NCBI GenBank assembly: GCA_030704615.1
Contig: CM060732.1
Span: 80,352,001-80,416,000, forward strand
DNA from: Takakia lepidozioides
Lineage: Eukaryota > Plantae > Bryophyta
Reading direction: 5' to 3'
DNA length: 64,000 nt
Positions 1 to 13,214 of this stretch are shown one piece after another (position 1 is the stretch's first letter; every line of letters starts with the position of its first letter). Below the pieces are notes generated by a model. The model had not been told where the DNA came from. It did no database searches and saw only the letters and a program-made list of their open reading frames with translations. A program made the position numbers and the translations under genes.

Positions 1-1039
1 ATTAATATTAATAATTAATATTAATTAATGGTATCTCATGTATGCTTCATGGCTTACATGAAAGGGGTTAATTTTCCCCCCAAGGGCCTGAATTGTGAGC
101 TGTCCCTTCCAGGTTCCTTGTTTTTAAGACAATGTAAAAAGCATAAAGTTCGCAGGGGCATCGCTCCCTTAAAAGCAACAAATAAAATGAAAAAAAACGA
201 CCTCATGTTCTTACTTGAAAAAATTATTATTATTATTCTTACATGGCAACATGACTCAAGTCTTTTTCTGAGTCGGAGTTGCATCTCAACAATTATATTT
301 TAACGCATTTTGATTTCTAAAATTAAGATTAGGTACACATCTCAGTGTTTAATAACTTCAAAAATATGAAGATTTATGTGAAATACGCATATGGCTCTTG
401 AAAACACGTTCTTTTCAAGCTTCAAGCTGACTCAGATCCAACAAAATTTTCTTTATTCTTACAATCTAAAAGATAATATTTAAAATAATATTTCTAGACC
501 ATTGTATTCCTCATTCCTTTCAACCACAGCTCTATCTTAATGGGGGATCAGCGGTGGTGATTGGGTGAGCATGTGAGTGGCCAAGGTTTGGACATGAAAA
601 TCTAATCAGTCGTATAGGTTCGACAAGGTTTATAGGTTCAACACCAATAAAATGGCTTCGGATCTAGTTCAGATTAGGCTCGGAAACAGGCTTGGGCTTG
701 GTTAACCACACATACGCTGGCGCTCAATAACTCACATGATCCCGAACCTAATCCCTATCCAAACTCCAACCCAAACAAAATACAAAAACGAATGCTCATA
801 TGTATAAATTAATGTGAGCATATAAATTGATGGAAGATAATAGGAATAATATAAGAACTTAATGACAGTCCAGCCCTGACACCCTGTACCGCCGGTTCTC
901 CGCCTCCGGCAGCCATCGAAAGGCAGCCGGCTGGGCTCGGTCAATCCCTCCCACCCCGCGCTCATCCCATCGGCGTCGTCGTTGCCTGCGTCGTCGTTCT
1001 GCGACACCAGTCCGCCGCTTCCACCAGTCCGCCAGTAAC

Positions 1040-2420
1040 CACTAACCCCCATGTAACCCTGTGCAACACATGTAACCCCATGACCCTCTGTAACCCTCAC
1101 CAGGTGTAACCCTCTGTAACACCGCAGAGTGTCACCCCCACCCCTATATAACCCTCACTCCATGTAACCCTCTGTAAAACTTTGCAACCCATGTAATCCT
1201 CTGTGACCCTCTTAACCCATGAAACCCCATGACCCTCTGTAACCCTCAACATGTAACCCCCTATAACCCTCACCACCATGTAACCCTCTGTAACCCATGT
1301 AACCCTCTATAACACCGCAGAATGTCACCCTCACCCCTATGTAACCCTCACTCCGTGGAACCCTCACCAGGTGTAACCCTCACCACCATGTAACCCTCTG
1401 TAACACTGCAGAGTGTCACCCTCACCCCCATATAACCCTCACTCCATGTAACCCTCTGTGACCCTCTGTAACCCTCACCACTATGTAACCCTCTGTAACC
1501 CGTGTATCTCTCTGTAACACCGCAGAGTGTCACCCTCACCCCTATGTAACCCTCACTCCATGTAACCCTCTGTGACCCTCTGTAACCCTCACCACTATGT
1601 AAACCCTCTGTAACCCTCACCACTATGTAACCCTCTGTAACCCGTGTATCTCTCTGTAACACCGCAGAGTGTCACCCTCACCCCTATGTAACCCTCACTC
1701 TATGTAACCCTCTGTGACCCTCTGTAACCCTCACCACTATGTAACCCTCTGTAACCCGTGTATCTCTCTGTAACACCGCAGAGTGTCACCCTCACCCCCA
1801 TGTAACCCTCACTCCATGTAACCCTCTGTGACCCTCTATAACCCTCACTAGGTATAACCCTCGCCACCATGTAACCCTCTGTAACCCATGTAACCCTCTG
1901 TAACACCGCAGAGTGCCACCCTCACCCCTATGTAACCCTCACTCCATGTAACCCTTTGTAACCCTCACCAGGTGTCACCCTCACCACCATGTAACCCTCT
2001 GTAACACCGCAGAGTGTCACCCTCACCACCATGTAACCCTCTGTAACACCGCAGAGTGTCACCCTCACCCCCATGTAACCCTCACTCCATGTAACCCTCT
2101 GTGACCCTCTGTAACCCTCACCACCATGTAACCCTCTGTAACCCATGTAACCTCCTGTAACACCGCAGAGTGTCACCCTCACCCCTATGTAACCCTCACT
2201 CCATGTAACCCTCTGGAACCCTTATCAGGTGTAACCCTCACCACCATGTAACCCTCTGTACCACCGCAGAGTGTCACCCTCACCCCCATGTAACCCTCAC
2301 CAGGTGTAACCCTCTGTAACCCGTGTATCCCTCTGTAACACCGCAGAGTGTCACCCTCACCCCTATGTAACCCTCACTCCATGTAACCCTTTGTAACCCA
2401 TGTAACCCTCTGTAACTCCA
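1040..2420 (+). repeat. Left TIR tandem array (TGTAACCCTC / GTGTCACCCTCA / GTAACACCGCAGA units)
   Basis: Dense mosaic of short units with the core TGTAACCC. It is the reverse complement of the 13800-15125 array. Confidence 0.95.
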
Positions 2421-2587
2421 CCTCGTGTACATCATACACGTGTAAACTATCCGACGGCCGAATGGAGGTTGAAATGGAGTTCAAAACCCTAATTTGCTCT
2501 CTCCATCCGTTTTTCAGATTCCTAGCTCGTTCGTTTTTTTGCTTTGGGGCATCAGCTTTCTACAATTCCCGTGGCGCCCAATCGGCT

Positions 2588-2962
2588 TCACACATCAATG
2601 CGAAAGATTTGTAGTTCATTCAGTTCAGTATCGTCCTCCAAGCAACATGCAAGACAACACTTTCCGCGCAGCGATCCGGCAAATCTATTACTACGGTTTT
2701 CTCTACAATTGATACGGTTGTCTCTATCCTTTTTCTTTGTCAATGTCATTCTTGTTGTTTTGTCACCGTCCCCGATGGCTATGGTATTCTTGAGATCCGC
2801 ATTAGGAAAGGGTTTTGTTTCTTTCGGTCTAGCCATGCAAGCAGCCGCTCATTTGACGGGGTGCCCATTCACTCTCCTCTCGTGTATCTTTTGTTCACGC
2901 ACCAGCCGGGGCAGCCTACTCATCGCTATTCTGGATGCAATACGCATCGAATCATGCATGTT
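2588..2962 (-). pseudogene. Degenerate paralogue of the N-terminal domain of the 3676 gene
   Basis: Minus strand reads EHA*FDAYC...ERRVNGHPVK*AAACMARPKETKPFPNADLKNTIAI. The + gene reads HEHATMIAYC...KSRLNWRIVDGMAVCMARPKGTKPFPDAELKHAMAV. Contains stops and a frameshift; a candidate acceptor TTGCAG lies at ~2963. Confidence 0.7.
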
Positions 2963-3675
2963 CTGCAAGCACTGTCAATCGGTTACATGTGTGATGGTTT
3001 ATATGACTGCGTCACGTGTGCTATGGTTACACACAGGGGGTTACACGGTGTTTTCTTTCTCAATACATGGTGGCTTGGTAGACGGTTTAGTAATGGAAGT
3101 TTAGATGGGGTTGACATGTTTGATGGGTTACGCAGATGTTGCGCTCGCGGAGCCACATAGGCTAGGGTTACATGGGTGGGGCGTTACGTTGACCGACCAT
3201 GTTTACCTGGAGGTTGCATACTAATGGTTTGATATGACAGGGTTACATCAATGTTGTGTTCGGGAGTCACATAGACTAGGGGTACATGAGGTTGTGACGA
3301 AGGGTTACATCATATGTGGGTACATGACGGAGGGTTACACTCGACGTGTCTCACATACGGGTAACGGCTGGTTTGTCGTGCTCACAAGTGTAGGGTTACG
3401 GGTTATACTCCACTATTCTGGGTGACACCTGGATTGCAAGCCGCCAGATTTTAATGAACCGCCGTCTTTCGCAACCGACGTGCCTTAAGGGTGACATCTA
3501 GCTAGCTTCGTTCTTCGTTCTTTGATCATTGTTCAGTTTTTCCCTTCTCGCAGCCCTTTCCTATTCTTCCTGCACTCCTTGCTGTGCGTGCTCCCTGCTG
3601 TGCGTTATTCGGAATTCTCTTGGTCTTGTCTTGCTCTTGCTCTTCTCTTCTCTTCTGCCAGCTTTTTCTTTTGCC

Positions 3676-6600
3676 ATGGCTGATTGTTATCTGTTCCCTG
3701 GAGAGGCTACTATTCCATTTGATCACTTGAAGAGGGATGGCGAACGAATTCGCTTCTGGTACACTGAGCATGAGCATGCTACAATGATTGCGTACTGCCA
3801 CACCAGGTGTAGAGAGGCCAAGGTGGAGGGAGCAAAGGGCCGGCCTAAGTTCAAATGTCATTACTGTGGGGAAGTAAAGGTAGATAAGAGCAGATTGAAT
3901 TGGCGTATTGTCGATGGAATGGCCGTATGTATGGCCAGACCGAAGGGAACAAAACCGTTTCCTGATGCGGAGCTCAAGCATGCCATGGCTGTTGAAAATG
4001 TGGTGAATTATGTTCCAGCTTCTACTGTTGATGCATATCATGCATGGATTCTGCAAAATAGGGTGGCTTTGGGTGAGATTGCAGATCCTATTGAAGTGCC
4101 TGCTGTTGTACCTTCTTCGGCTACTTCTGCTACAGAGGTTCCATCTTCTGGTGCTCCTGCCGTTTCTATCCCTGGTCCTTCTGTTCGGCAGGTTCCTAAC
4201 GAGAGAGACAAGCGGCGATTGAGCCCGCCTCTACCTGTCCCTATTGCAAAGAAAATCAACATTGGAAACCGGAGCTCAAGGTTCATCTTGCGAAAGCGAA
4301 CTCCGGGCTCAATCCTTTTGCTATCGCATGGCCTTATTCCTCAGTTCCCATTTCCGAATGTCAAAGACAAGGGGTTTTGGCTGGCATTCCAAGAATTTGT
4401 TGCGCGAGGCGAGGGCACAGTCCATGCGACAGCTGCAAAATCAAGTTGGGTTCTATCGACGGACAATCAAGTTAGATTCCCTGCCATTTCTCTGTTTTTC
4501 AAATTTCGGGCTGTTGTCAATCCGTGTAACCCTTTGGTTTACCCCTCCTTGTCTCTCCTGTGGCGTGTAACCCACCTATAGAGGACCCCTTTTAAAAATC
4601 CCTATGGTGTGTAACCTACCTCTGTGTAACCCCGTGTAGCCCACCTTCCTTGTAACCCATTTTTCATGTGTAACCCCTCGTGCTGTAATCCTTTTCTCTA
4701 GTATAACCCCTTACGTTGTATTGCGCAGGGAGCTCGACATCATCTTAGAAGCAATGATATGGATATTGTTGTTGCTAACCACAAGTCGTTTACAGCCCAG
4801 CCGGATCATGGTCCGTTAATGATAGAGGAATTGAATCGGGTGAAGGAGTATTTGGAGAGCATTGGGCATCCTGACATGCCAAAGCAGAAAAAGAAAAAAG
4901 GTGGGAGACTTACACGAGTCCATCGAGAGAGCCAAGCCTCACATGATGATGACACGATGGACGAACCAGCTGTTGGCAATACCGACCTTGACAATGCCAG
5001 AACTTCAAATCCTCTTGTCATCACTATTACTGTAGATGGAATCGAAGGTTTGGTTGTTCCAGATCCGTTGGAATTCACTCGCGATTTTGCGGAAGGATTG
5101 ATCAGTCAAATGGAGAATCTCACCAAACCGCACATTGGACCGCCACCACTCATTTTGTTAATTTTGGCCCACAACGATGGAAGAAATCATGGCAGGTCAG
5201 TTTCCCAAACGCATCCTAGGTTGGGGTTCGCGACTGACCTTCTGGAAAGTGCTCTTACGGCCTCAAAGGTGAAGGACATGGTCGATGAGTATTACGGCTT
5301 TAGTCTGATGTACTTTGCACAACCTGGTGACGGAATTGCGACCTTGGATTCTGAGCTCGAGGACTTAAGATCGAGTTTGAGTACAGAAGAGTGGGGTGAT
5401 AGGTTAGTTAAGATCAACGGAGCTATACAATTTTGCAAGGCAAGCCGTCGTCGCGCCGCACATTACTTTGCGATCCATCAGAAAGAATCGTTTATCCAGT
5501 TTTGGTGTTGTGGCCTCTTCAGCGAATCACCAACAGAACTGGACTTCAATGCGCGTTTGGGCATCCAGTATATGAGAGACCTTGGGTCTGTAGTGCCTTG
5601 GTATCTCTGTAAGTGTTACTCCATCCACTGTCACCTCTCTCGTCGTGTAACCCCTTTGTGTGTAATCCTGTAATCAGTGTAACCCTCGTTGTGTGGAACC
5701 ATGTACTCAGTGTAACCCTCGCTGTGTGTAACCCTGTAATTAGTGTAACCCTCGGAGTATGTAACCCTGTAATCAGTGTACCCCTAATGTTACCCCTCGC
5801 TGTGTAACCCTAGATTTGTTACCCTCTCGTTGTGTAAACTCACTAGTGTAACCCAGGTAGTGTAACCCATTGCAAACTACTGTCTCTAACAGGGTGGTGT
5901 AACCCACATCGTGTAATCCGAACCATTGTCTTGTCCTAGTCAGTGTAACTCTTACATAGTGTAACCCTTGCACTTTCAAAAACCACGTTCCACGACTAAA
6001 AACCTTTGTCTTTTCCCCGATGCAAATGAGTCCGAGCTCATGACCAATCAAGTCGCCAATGCGTTCAAAAACCTTTTTGAGGCTCAACGTGAGCTTCACG
6101 AAGTTGTGTATGGGGCCCCTCCACAATGCGATATAGGGGGCGCGCAGACGAGTGATGGGCCCTCTGTGTTACAGGATGAGGAGATGGTTAAACCTCGTCT
6201 TCATTCAATTTCCGCCCCGCAAAGCGACGATGTACATGATGAGGACATCATTCCAAGTCAATCTGCCGTTGTATCTTTGTCGCTGGTTGGTGAATTGTAC
6301 TCAACCCAGCTGCACTTAGGGGTGAACCTAGCAGACTTGACGTGGGATTTGCCCGTGAATTCTGGTACTGATACTGAAGATGATACATCAAGGTGGAACA
6401 CCCAAGTGAGAACCTCTTTGTCCGCAGCCCCAGTCATTTCTTTTGGAAGAACCGGGGACCCGCTTGACCCAGAGTTTGTGTATGACTTTGAATCTGGAGA
6501 TGCTGGGTTGAACCCTCCATGCAACAATGTAAGTATTTGTGAGGATCATGTGGTCAACCTCTCTCAGAATGACACTGTTCGAATGATGCAGACCGAAGAT

Positions 6601-9216
6601 CCAAGTCATTTCGCGCCACAACATGTCACATTGGAGGAGGTGGTCAATATTGAGGGTGACATTGTCCGGGGGATTGAGCAGACAGACAGTCACTGAGCCT
6701 TCGTGGGTCACATTGATGCGGAGGGTGACACTGCAAGGGGAGGAGGCCCTGAAACTGAGGGTTACACTGCACCTGAGGGTGACACTGCGCAGAGAGGAGC
6801 AACAGGGAAGGAGGGTTACACTGCACCTCAGGGTGACACTGCGGATACCAGTGTGGCTGACACTGCCGTGAGGGACATTGTCGTGGGTGACACACCATTG
6901 CCCGTGAACACTGCAACTTCTGTTGAGAGTGACATTGACATAGGTTACACTGGTAGGGGTGACACCCCACAGCCAACCCACATGGCATATGTCCATGAGT
7001 GTAACACTGCCATGGATGACACTCCACTACCATTAGTCGTGGAGGGTGACACTCCTTTGCCACGGCCACTAGTCGCGATGGATGACGCTCTTCCGCTAGG
7101 CAACATGGTCTTGGAGGGTGACAGTGCGGAGAAGGGCGACACAGTCAAGGATGGCATTGAGGAGGTTGATGCAAAGAAGAGTGATATCGACATGGGTGAC
7201 ACGGGGAAGGATGTCACCGAGGAGGTTGTCAGTTGGAAGGGTGACACAGAGCAGGGTCACACTGATAAGCGTTTCGCTATGGAGAGTCACGAAGAGAAGA
7301 AAGTTGCGGAGCATCGTGACACTGAGAAGAGGGACACTGCCAAGGGTGACACACATAAAATTGTTACTCAGCAGGGTGACACTGGGAAGGAACCCGATGA
7401 GAAGGGTGACACTGTGAAGAGTGACTCTGATAAGGCGGCCAAAGAGAAGGGTGACACCAAGAACAGTGACACTGAGAAGGTAGCCGAAGAGAAGGGTGAC
7501 ACTGAGATGCGTGACAGTGAAGAGGTAGCCGAAGAGAAGGGTGACACTGAGAAGTGTGACACTGAGGAGGTAGCCGAAGAGAAGGGTGACACTGAGAATC
7601 GTGACTCTGACAAGGGGTCTGAACAGAAGGGTGACACTGACAAGGGCAGCACCGAGGAGGTGAGCTGTGACACTTCTGCCCTTGGTCAGTCACCTCCCCA
7701 GCACGTCTCAGATGAGGGAGTGCAGTCTTTAGCACTTGCAGCAAACTCAGAACAAGGCACCTCTGGCCCAGAAATTCCCCCTACCGACGGCATTGTCACC
7801 TCTAGCCCAGAAATTCTCCCTACCGGTGGCATTTGTCAGGGTTGCAGAGAATCCCAGGAGGTCAAAACGGCCGCCTCAAAGAAAGCGGTTGGTTGAACCC
7901 CCTAGCGTTGACAAAGAAGTACCTGTTCTTGTCGCACCCAAAAAACAGCGAACCAAATCGAAAGGCAAAAGTGTAGGGGTCTCCGAGGTTGACGTTGTCC
8001 AGTAGCAAGAGGTCCTTGCCAAGCACTTGCGGGAGCGTTCGAGGTACCTCATTGTACTTTGATCCTCTTTGATTGCGAATATTGATTATAACTCTTGTAT
8101 GATGCATCGTAATGTTCGTAATGTGCGGTTTGTTGTGCAGACTAAAATGACGGTACTTGACGAAGTTCAGAATGGTGTCGGACCCTCCTGGGGCGCCCGA
8201 AGTGAAGTCTTATTATGGCGATGCCTTCCTGGCTTCTACCCCGTTACAGTTTTACTTGGAAGAGACAGATTTTGAGCCGATGTATAAAATAAGAGCAACT
8301 GTCACAGATGCATTGCTCCCGGGTTACAACAAAATTCTGGAGGCCAAATTATTTAAGGCTATCGCACCTGAGTTTGTCATCTGTGCTCCTTTCCAGTGGC
8401 ATGTCATGCGTACCAATGGTAACGATCTGCAGACGCTATTCGGGTTGGTGCAAGAATGGTACACTCAGGATGCCCGAGGGATGGTGTTCACAAAGAATCG
8501 AGATCTTGTGGACGTGGTTGTCATCCCTATTGTCTTCGAGTAAGTAGTTTGAGTGTTGACTGATCATGTTGGGTTACACTCCTCTGTTCTACACTGAGTT
8601 GCATTAGTTTGGATTTGCATTGCTGACTAGTTGTGTTACACCGTTTAGAGTTACAGTACAAAGGGTTACACTATTGGGTTACACATGAGGTGGGTTACAC
8701 TACTGGGTTACACCACAGCCGGGTTACACCACAATGGGTTTCATTGGAGAGTTTTTTTTTTCTATTATGATGTTACGGCTTTGTTTGTGTTGCAGTGATC
8801 ACTGGAGTGTTGCTGTTTTAGAACGCCGAGGTCAGATAGTACATTTGGACTCCCATAAAACCATTGCCCGACCCAAACTCATTGAAGGAATTTTGCGAAA
8901 TTTTGTCATAGCGTTCTTTGATTGCATGCCTGGATCTGATGACTTCAGTTACGTCATGGAGAGGATGGAATGGTTTGAGGCCAGTGTCCCCCAGCAACGG
9001 AGCTGTTGGGAGTGCGGCTATTATGCACTTTGTTTTGTGCAATTTTACTTGGAGTGGAAGTTCAATGTGAAAACCACAAAAGATCGAACCCGTCATAGGC
9101 GGGCGTTTAGTGCAAGTTGGTTCGACGAGTCAACCATGATAGCTTCCCATACTCATATGATTAGTTGGCTGTGTGACGAGATGGACAAAGACTTGGTCAA
9201 ATGGCCAAAGAAATAA
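3676..9216 (+). pseudogene. Multi-exon transposon accessory gene: Cys/His-rich N-terminal domain, unknown domain, acidic GDT-repeat region and C-terminal Ulp1/C48 SUMO-like protease (may be more than one gene)
   Basis: Putative exons 3676-4470, 4729-5608, ~5970-8043, 8141-8539 and 8796-9216, most with GT/AG borders. Lesions are an in-frame TGA at 6694, a frameshift near 7850 and a TAG at 8003. Confidence 0.6.
8141..9216 (+). CDS. Ulp1-like (peptidase C48) catalytic domain exons
   Basis: Motifs FLASTPLQFYLE, DVVVIPIVF|DHWSVAVL, IVHLDS and VPQQRSCWECGYY give the His-Asp-Cys triad plus the oxyanion Gln. Intron 8540-8795. Confidence 0.85.
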
Positions 9217-9781
9217 ATAGTGTCTCTTGATGCATTTTTTGCTTCTATGTGGTTTGGCACATAGAGGGGTTACACATACAGGGGCTAGTGTTGGCGACTA
9301 AAGGTGCTCGACTTCAGCATCTTCCCACTCTGTATTGAAGGGTCATGTAACCCCGGCAAACTAACCCCGACCCTGTAGTCACACTGTAGTCATCGACTTA
9401 TAATTCTTAGAGTTACACCACTCACTGACAGCAATATTCTATGGGGTTACATAGTGGGTTACACTGTTGATAGTTACATTGCAGTTACACTTGGAGTTAC
9501 ACCACAATGAGTTACACTGAAGAGGGTTACACTCGTCTGTGTTACACTGTGTGGAGTACCACAGATGCGAGTTACACTAAGTAGAGCTATGTTACGTTAT
9601 GAAACCCCAGACGGTGTAACCCTGCGTTGTGTCACCCCGGCCCGTGGGTGTCCCATTGAGTGGGTTACATAGGTTGAATGTGGATGGAATGGCAAAGTGA
9701 ATAACAACCCATGAACAGACATGTACTTCATATTAAACCTGACGATCACAAAATAAGTGTCATTGCCAATGGACTCAATGG

Positions 9782-12700
9782 TCACTTACTATGGAACCGG
9801 TCTACAAAATCCATTTTCCTAGCAAGGGACATGTTGTTTCCATCATTATTTTTTATGAATGGAACTGCCTGAAGAGGGTGCAACACCTTTGTCGATTCTG
9901 ACTTGTAAAGTGGACAGCCTCCCACGAACACAACGAAGCTCGGCAAGCAGATGTTTGCGCATTGTTTCACTCTCATTGCCAAGAAGCGACATGACTTCAT
10001 CTCAGATTCAATTGATGAAACATCCGACGGCTCCTGCTGACCACGCTGGGATGATGCTGAGCACTCCGTAGACTCTGCTAGATTCACAACTTCCTCCTCT
10101 GCATCAATATCTGGAAGTTCCGATTTCATCAACATGTCAAGACCTCCCGAGCTTTGTGTCACAGAGCTTCACAATAAGCCCTTCCTTCAGATTTGGCTTC
10201 ATCAATTGAAGAACGCGGATTTGATGTTTGCATAAGTTACCCTTCAAAGCCCATGGACAATCATAACAAGCCCAGGTGGTTGCATGTGCATAGATTGTGT
10301 AGCTTCGACCGGCCGTTTGAACACTATCCACAATCTGGATGACCAGGAACAGTGGGCAAATGAACATTGACGTCAGGGATCTCCCTCACAGTCCAAACAA
10401 CATTGTTGATAAATTCCTCCTGTCGTACATTCCTTTTGAAGCCTTTCGATTTCAAGTTATTTCTATACCAATAGTGGGTTAGAACACGACCCACGAGTTC
10501 GCTGATCAGCCAATCAATTCTCCTGCCATCAAGCCTTTGCTTTCCCGAGCGTAAACGAGCCTTCAAATTTCCGTGCCAAGATTCAATTGCGGCATTAGTA
10601 TCCTGACTTGCATGGGGAATATTTCGAGCCCCCGTGATCCACATGCTCAGTTTTGGGACCTATTCCATTCTGATGTAATGTAGGAAGTCACGCGCAAGCG
10701 GATATGAAAAATGCAAATCTTCCAGTCGCTCCAGCGCCCACTCTTCTGGGGTGACTCCCACACAGGCGTTAATGCCGTACATTACGTCGCCAAGCTATTT
10801 CAAAACAGCATTGCGAGTAAATGGATCGGGCATCTTACGCCACGAATGTTTCAGCCAAGCGCGGCAAACATGCCAAAGGCATAGAAATATCGCTACGTCC
10901 CCAAACGATTCCCTGCACGCATACACATCAAATGCCACCCAATCCATCAGTGTAACTCTGAGCAGTGTAACTCTTAGCAGTATAACTTTTATTACTGTAA
11001 CTATTCGCAGTGTAACTCTTATCAGAGGAACTCTTAGCAGTGTAACTATTAGCAGTGTAACTGTTCGCAATGTAACTCTTCGAAGTGTGACTCTTCGAAG
11101 TGCGACTCTTAGTAGTATGACTCATGTAACCCATCGTGCATCTGGCCATGTAACTATCAGTGAAACTCACAGCAGTGTAACCCAACGCATATAACCCCTC
11201 GCAGCGCTGTAACGCAATCCATGTTACACCGTGTAACTCTCAGAGCGACCCAACCCATATAACCCTCTGCGATGCTCCTAGTGTAACTCACATGCTATGG
11301 CAGTGCAACCTAATCCATGCAAAACTGCAGATGACACGCCGTGTAACTCGCAGTGTAACCCTCTGTCTACCTCATAGCAGTGTAACCCTCGGTCTAACTC
11401 ACAACAATGTAACCCTCCGTCCAACTCAAGGCAGTGTAACCATCTGTCTAACTGATAGTGTAACCCTCAGTGTAACAGACAGCACTGCAACCCAATCCAT
11501 GTAACCCCTCGAGTAACTGACAGTGTAACTCCAAGTGTTATAAGCAGCAATACACCCCCTCGTGTAACTGGCAGTTTAACTCTTACTGTGATTCTCAGTG
11601 TAACTAGCAGCAGTGTAGCCCAATCCATGAAACCCCTCATGCATGCAAATTGTAGTGTAAATTACTGTGTGACTCAGAACATTGTAACTTCTAGCTGTGT
11701 ACCTGATAGCATTGATTTCTGCGTCTGCATCGTCGACAACAAAAGCATTTGGCCTCCAATCTGGTTTGCTCTGAAGAAGTCGGTCGCGAAGACGTTTCAT
11801 CCAGGGGCTCAGGTCAATCGTTTTATTTCTCGCTGATATAATATAAGCAACAGGTATGTCGTTGAGCCATTCGTCGAACACCATCGTGGTATACATTGGG
11901 AACTGCAATGTCGCAATGGTACAAAAATGAATAAGGTGAGTGTTGTAATATTGGAAACAGTTGCATGACACTCACATTTCAGAATGCAATGAAAGGTAAA
12001 GCATGACACGAATACCTTATTTTCGTTGGTCCCAAATGTTGCATCGCAGGATACCACACGGTTGTGTCCCAGGTCGATCATTTTCTGTTTTTGCCACTCC
12101 GTTTGTATTCCAATCACAAACTTTAAATCACCCGCCACTGGCGCTGTCTCTTCATGGTAGAAGAAGACGCTTTCAGGATTGCTATCGACCCACATACGTA
12201 CACTTTGTGCATCATCTGGATGTTTTTTGTAACTCTCAATCGTAAGCTTGTCGGCAATGTTTATCATGTTGTACTCGAACAAGAAACAATTGTGACTCCA
12301 CTCCATGCCTGGCTGAGACGCACAAGTTTCCTGGAGCTGTTGAGTGTGTTGTGTCATAATCATAGCTGGAGATATGCCACTGCGAAGACTATTGACGATC
12401 CACTGTTTCATATCTTGGCTGAGATGAGGGGCATGCACGAATCGCGTGAAATGGGAAGAGGGGTCAGCTGAACCATGACATGGCTTTCCTTTTGCATCTA
12501 CATGCTGTTTCTGGAAGTATGTGATGATTGCCAACTCTGGATCTAGAAAACACTGGCCAACATTGAAGCTACACGTACACCCACGATTGTATGACTCTCC
12601 GAAATCCGCTGCCTTACGTCTGATTCGCTTGACTGGTTTTTGATTATCAGAGGCTGCTATCGGTTTTTCTTTCTTCTTCACAATCGGCGGGTCTGTGCGC

Positions 12701-13214
12701 CTATCTACCGGGCCGTAGCAGCAGTGGTACCTGCAAAGAAATCATACAAAGTGAGGAGGGTTATCGCCATATACGACTTTGTTAGGCCAGCAGAAAGAAG
12801 TGGGGCTGGGAATGTTATACAACCCTCGTAAGTGACTTACTTATGCCACTGATGATAACTGTTTGCACGCGGTGTCGTCAGATCTGGCAACTCACGGTAC
12901 CTTCGATCTTGAACATAAAATTGGGTCTTCCCATCCACTCTACTTCTTTCTCCCTCCAGAAAATCAGGAATGCGAGACCATGGAACGACAGCTACTTCGA
13001 TGGATATCCGTTTCCCTTTTCCCTGGGAAACCTGGCGTATCTAATGGAGGTTTGTGTGATTGAAAAGCCCGTCTATGGGCAACTGTAGGATGCATTTCAA
13101 ATGAGATACCAAATGTTGCAAATGATAGAGTTCTCCCGCCTCGTCTTTCAAACCATTTGATTCCAATGTTGCTTTGAGTTCCTCGTCTAGCACCTTCGCG
13201 GCAGCACACGCCAT
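9782..13214 (-). pseudogene. MULE DDE transposase with SWIM zinc finger, inactivated
   Basis: Exons ~13214-12840, 12730-12016, 11902-11703 and 10912-9782. Motifs: RGCTCSF...HVD...CHG, GIQTEWQ, CDATFGTN (D1), FVVDDADAE (D2), CLWH, TNAAIESWH (E) and CYDCPWALKGNLCKH (SWIM). Stops at 13041, 10795 and 10660; frameshifts near 10330 and 10150. Confidence 0.9.
10930..11700 (+). repeat. AGTGTAAC(T/C) tandem motif array inside the transposase intron
   Basis: ~15-bp units AGCAGTGTAACTCTT followed by dispersed GTGTAACCC, within intron 10913-11702. Confidence 0.85.

Noticed and set aside
1-820. Extension of the left TIR and a TSD for the MULE
   Set aside because: Only weak AT-rich similarity to 15340-15650; no convincing 9-11-bp duplication found by eye.
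1040-2420. CRISPR array or true telomere; ORFs with RVT/EGY/VTL repeats
   Set aside because: No unique spacers or cas genes, eukaryotic context, and no contiguous TTTAGGG/TTAGGG. The ORFs are translations of the tandem repeat (same for 13829-15060).
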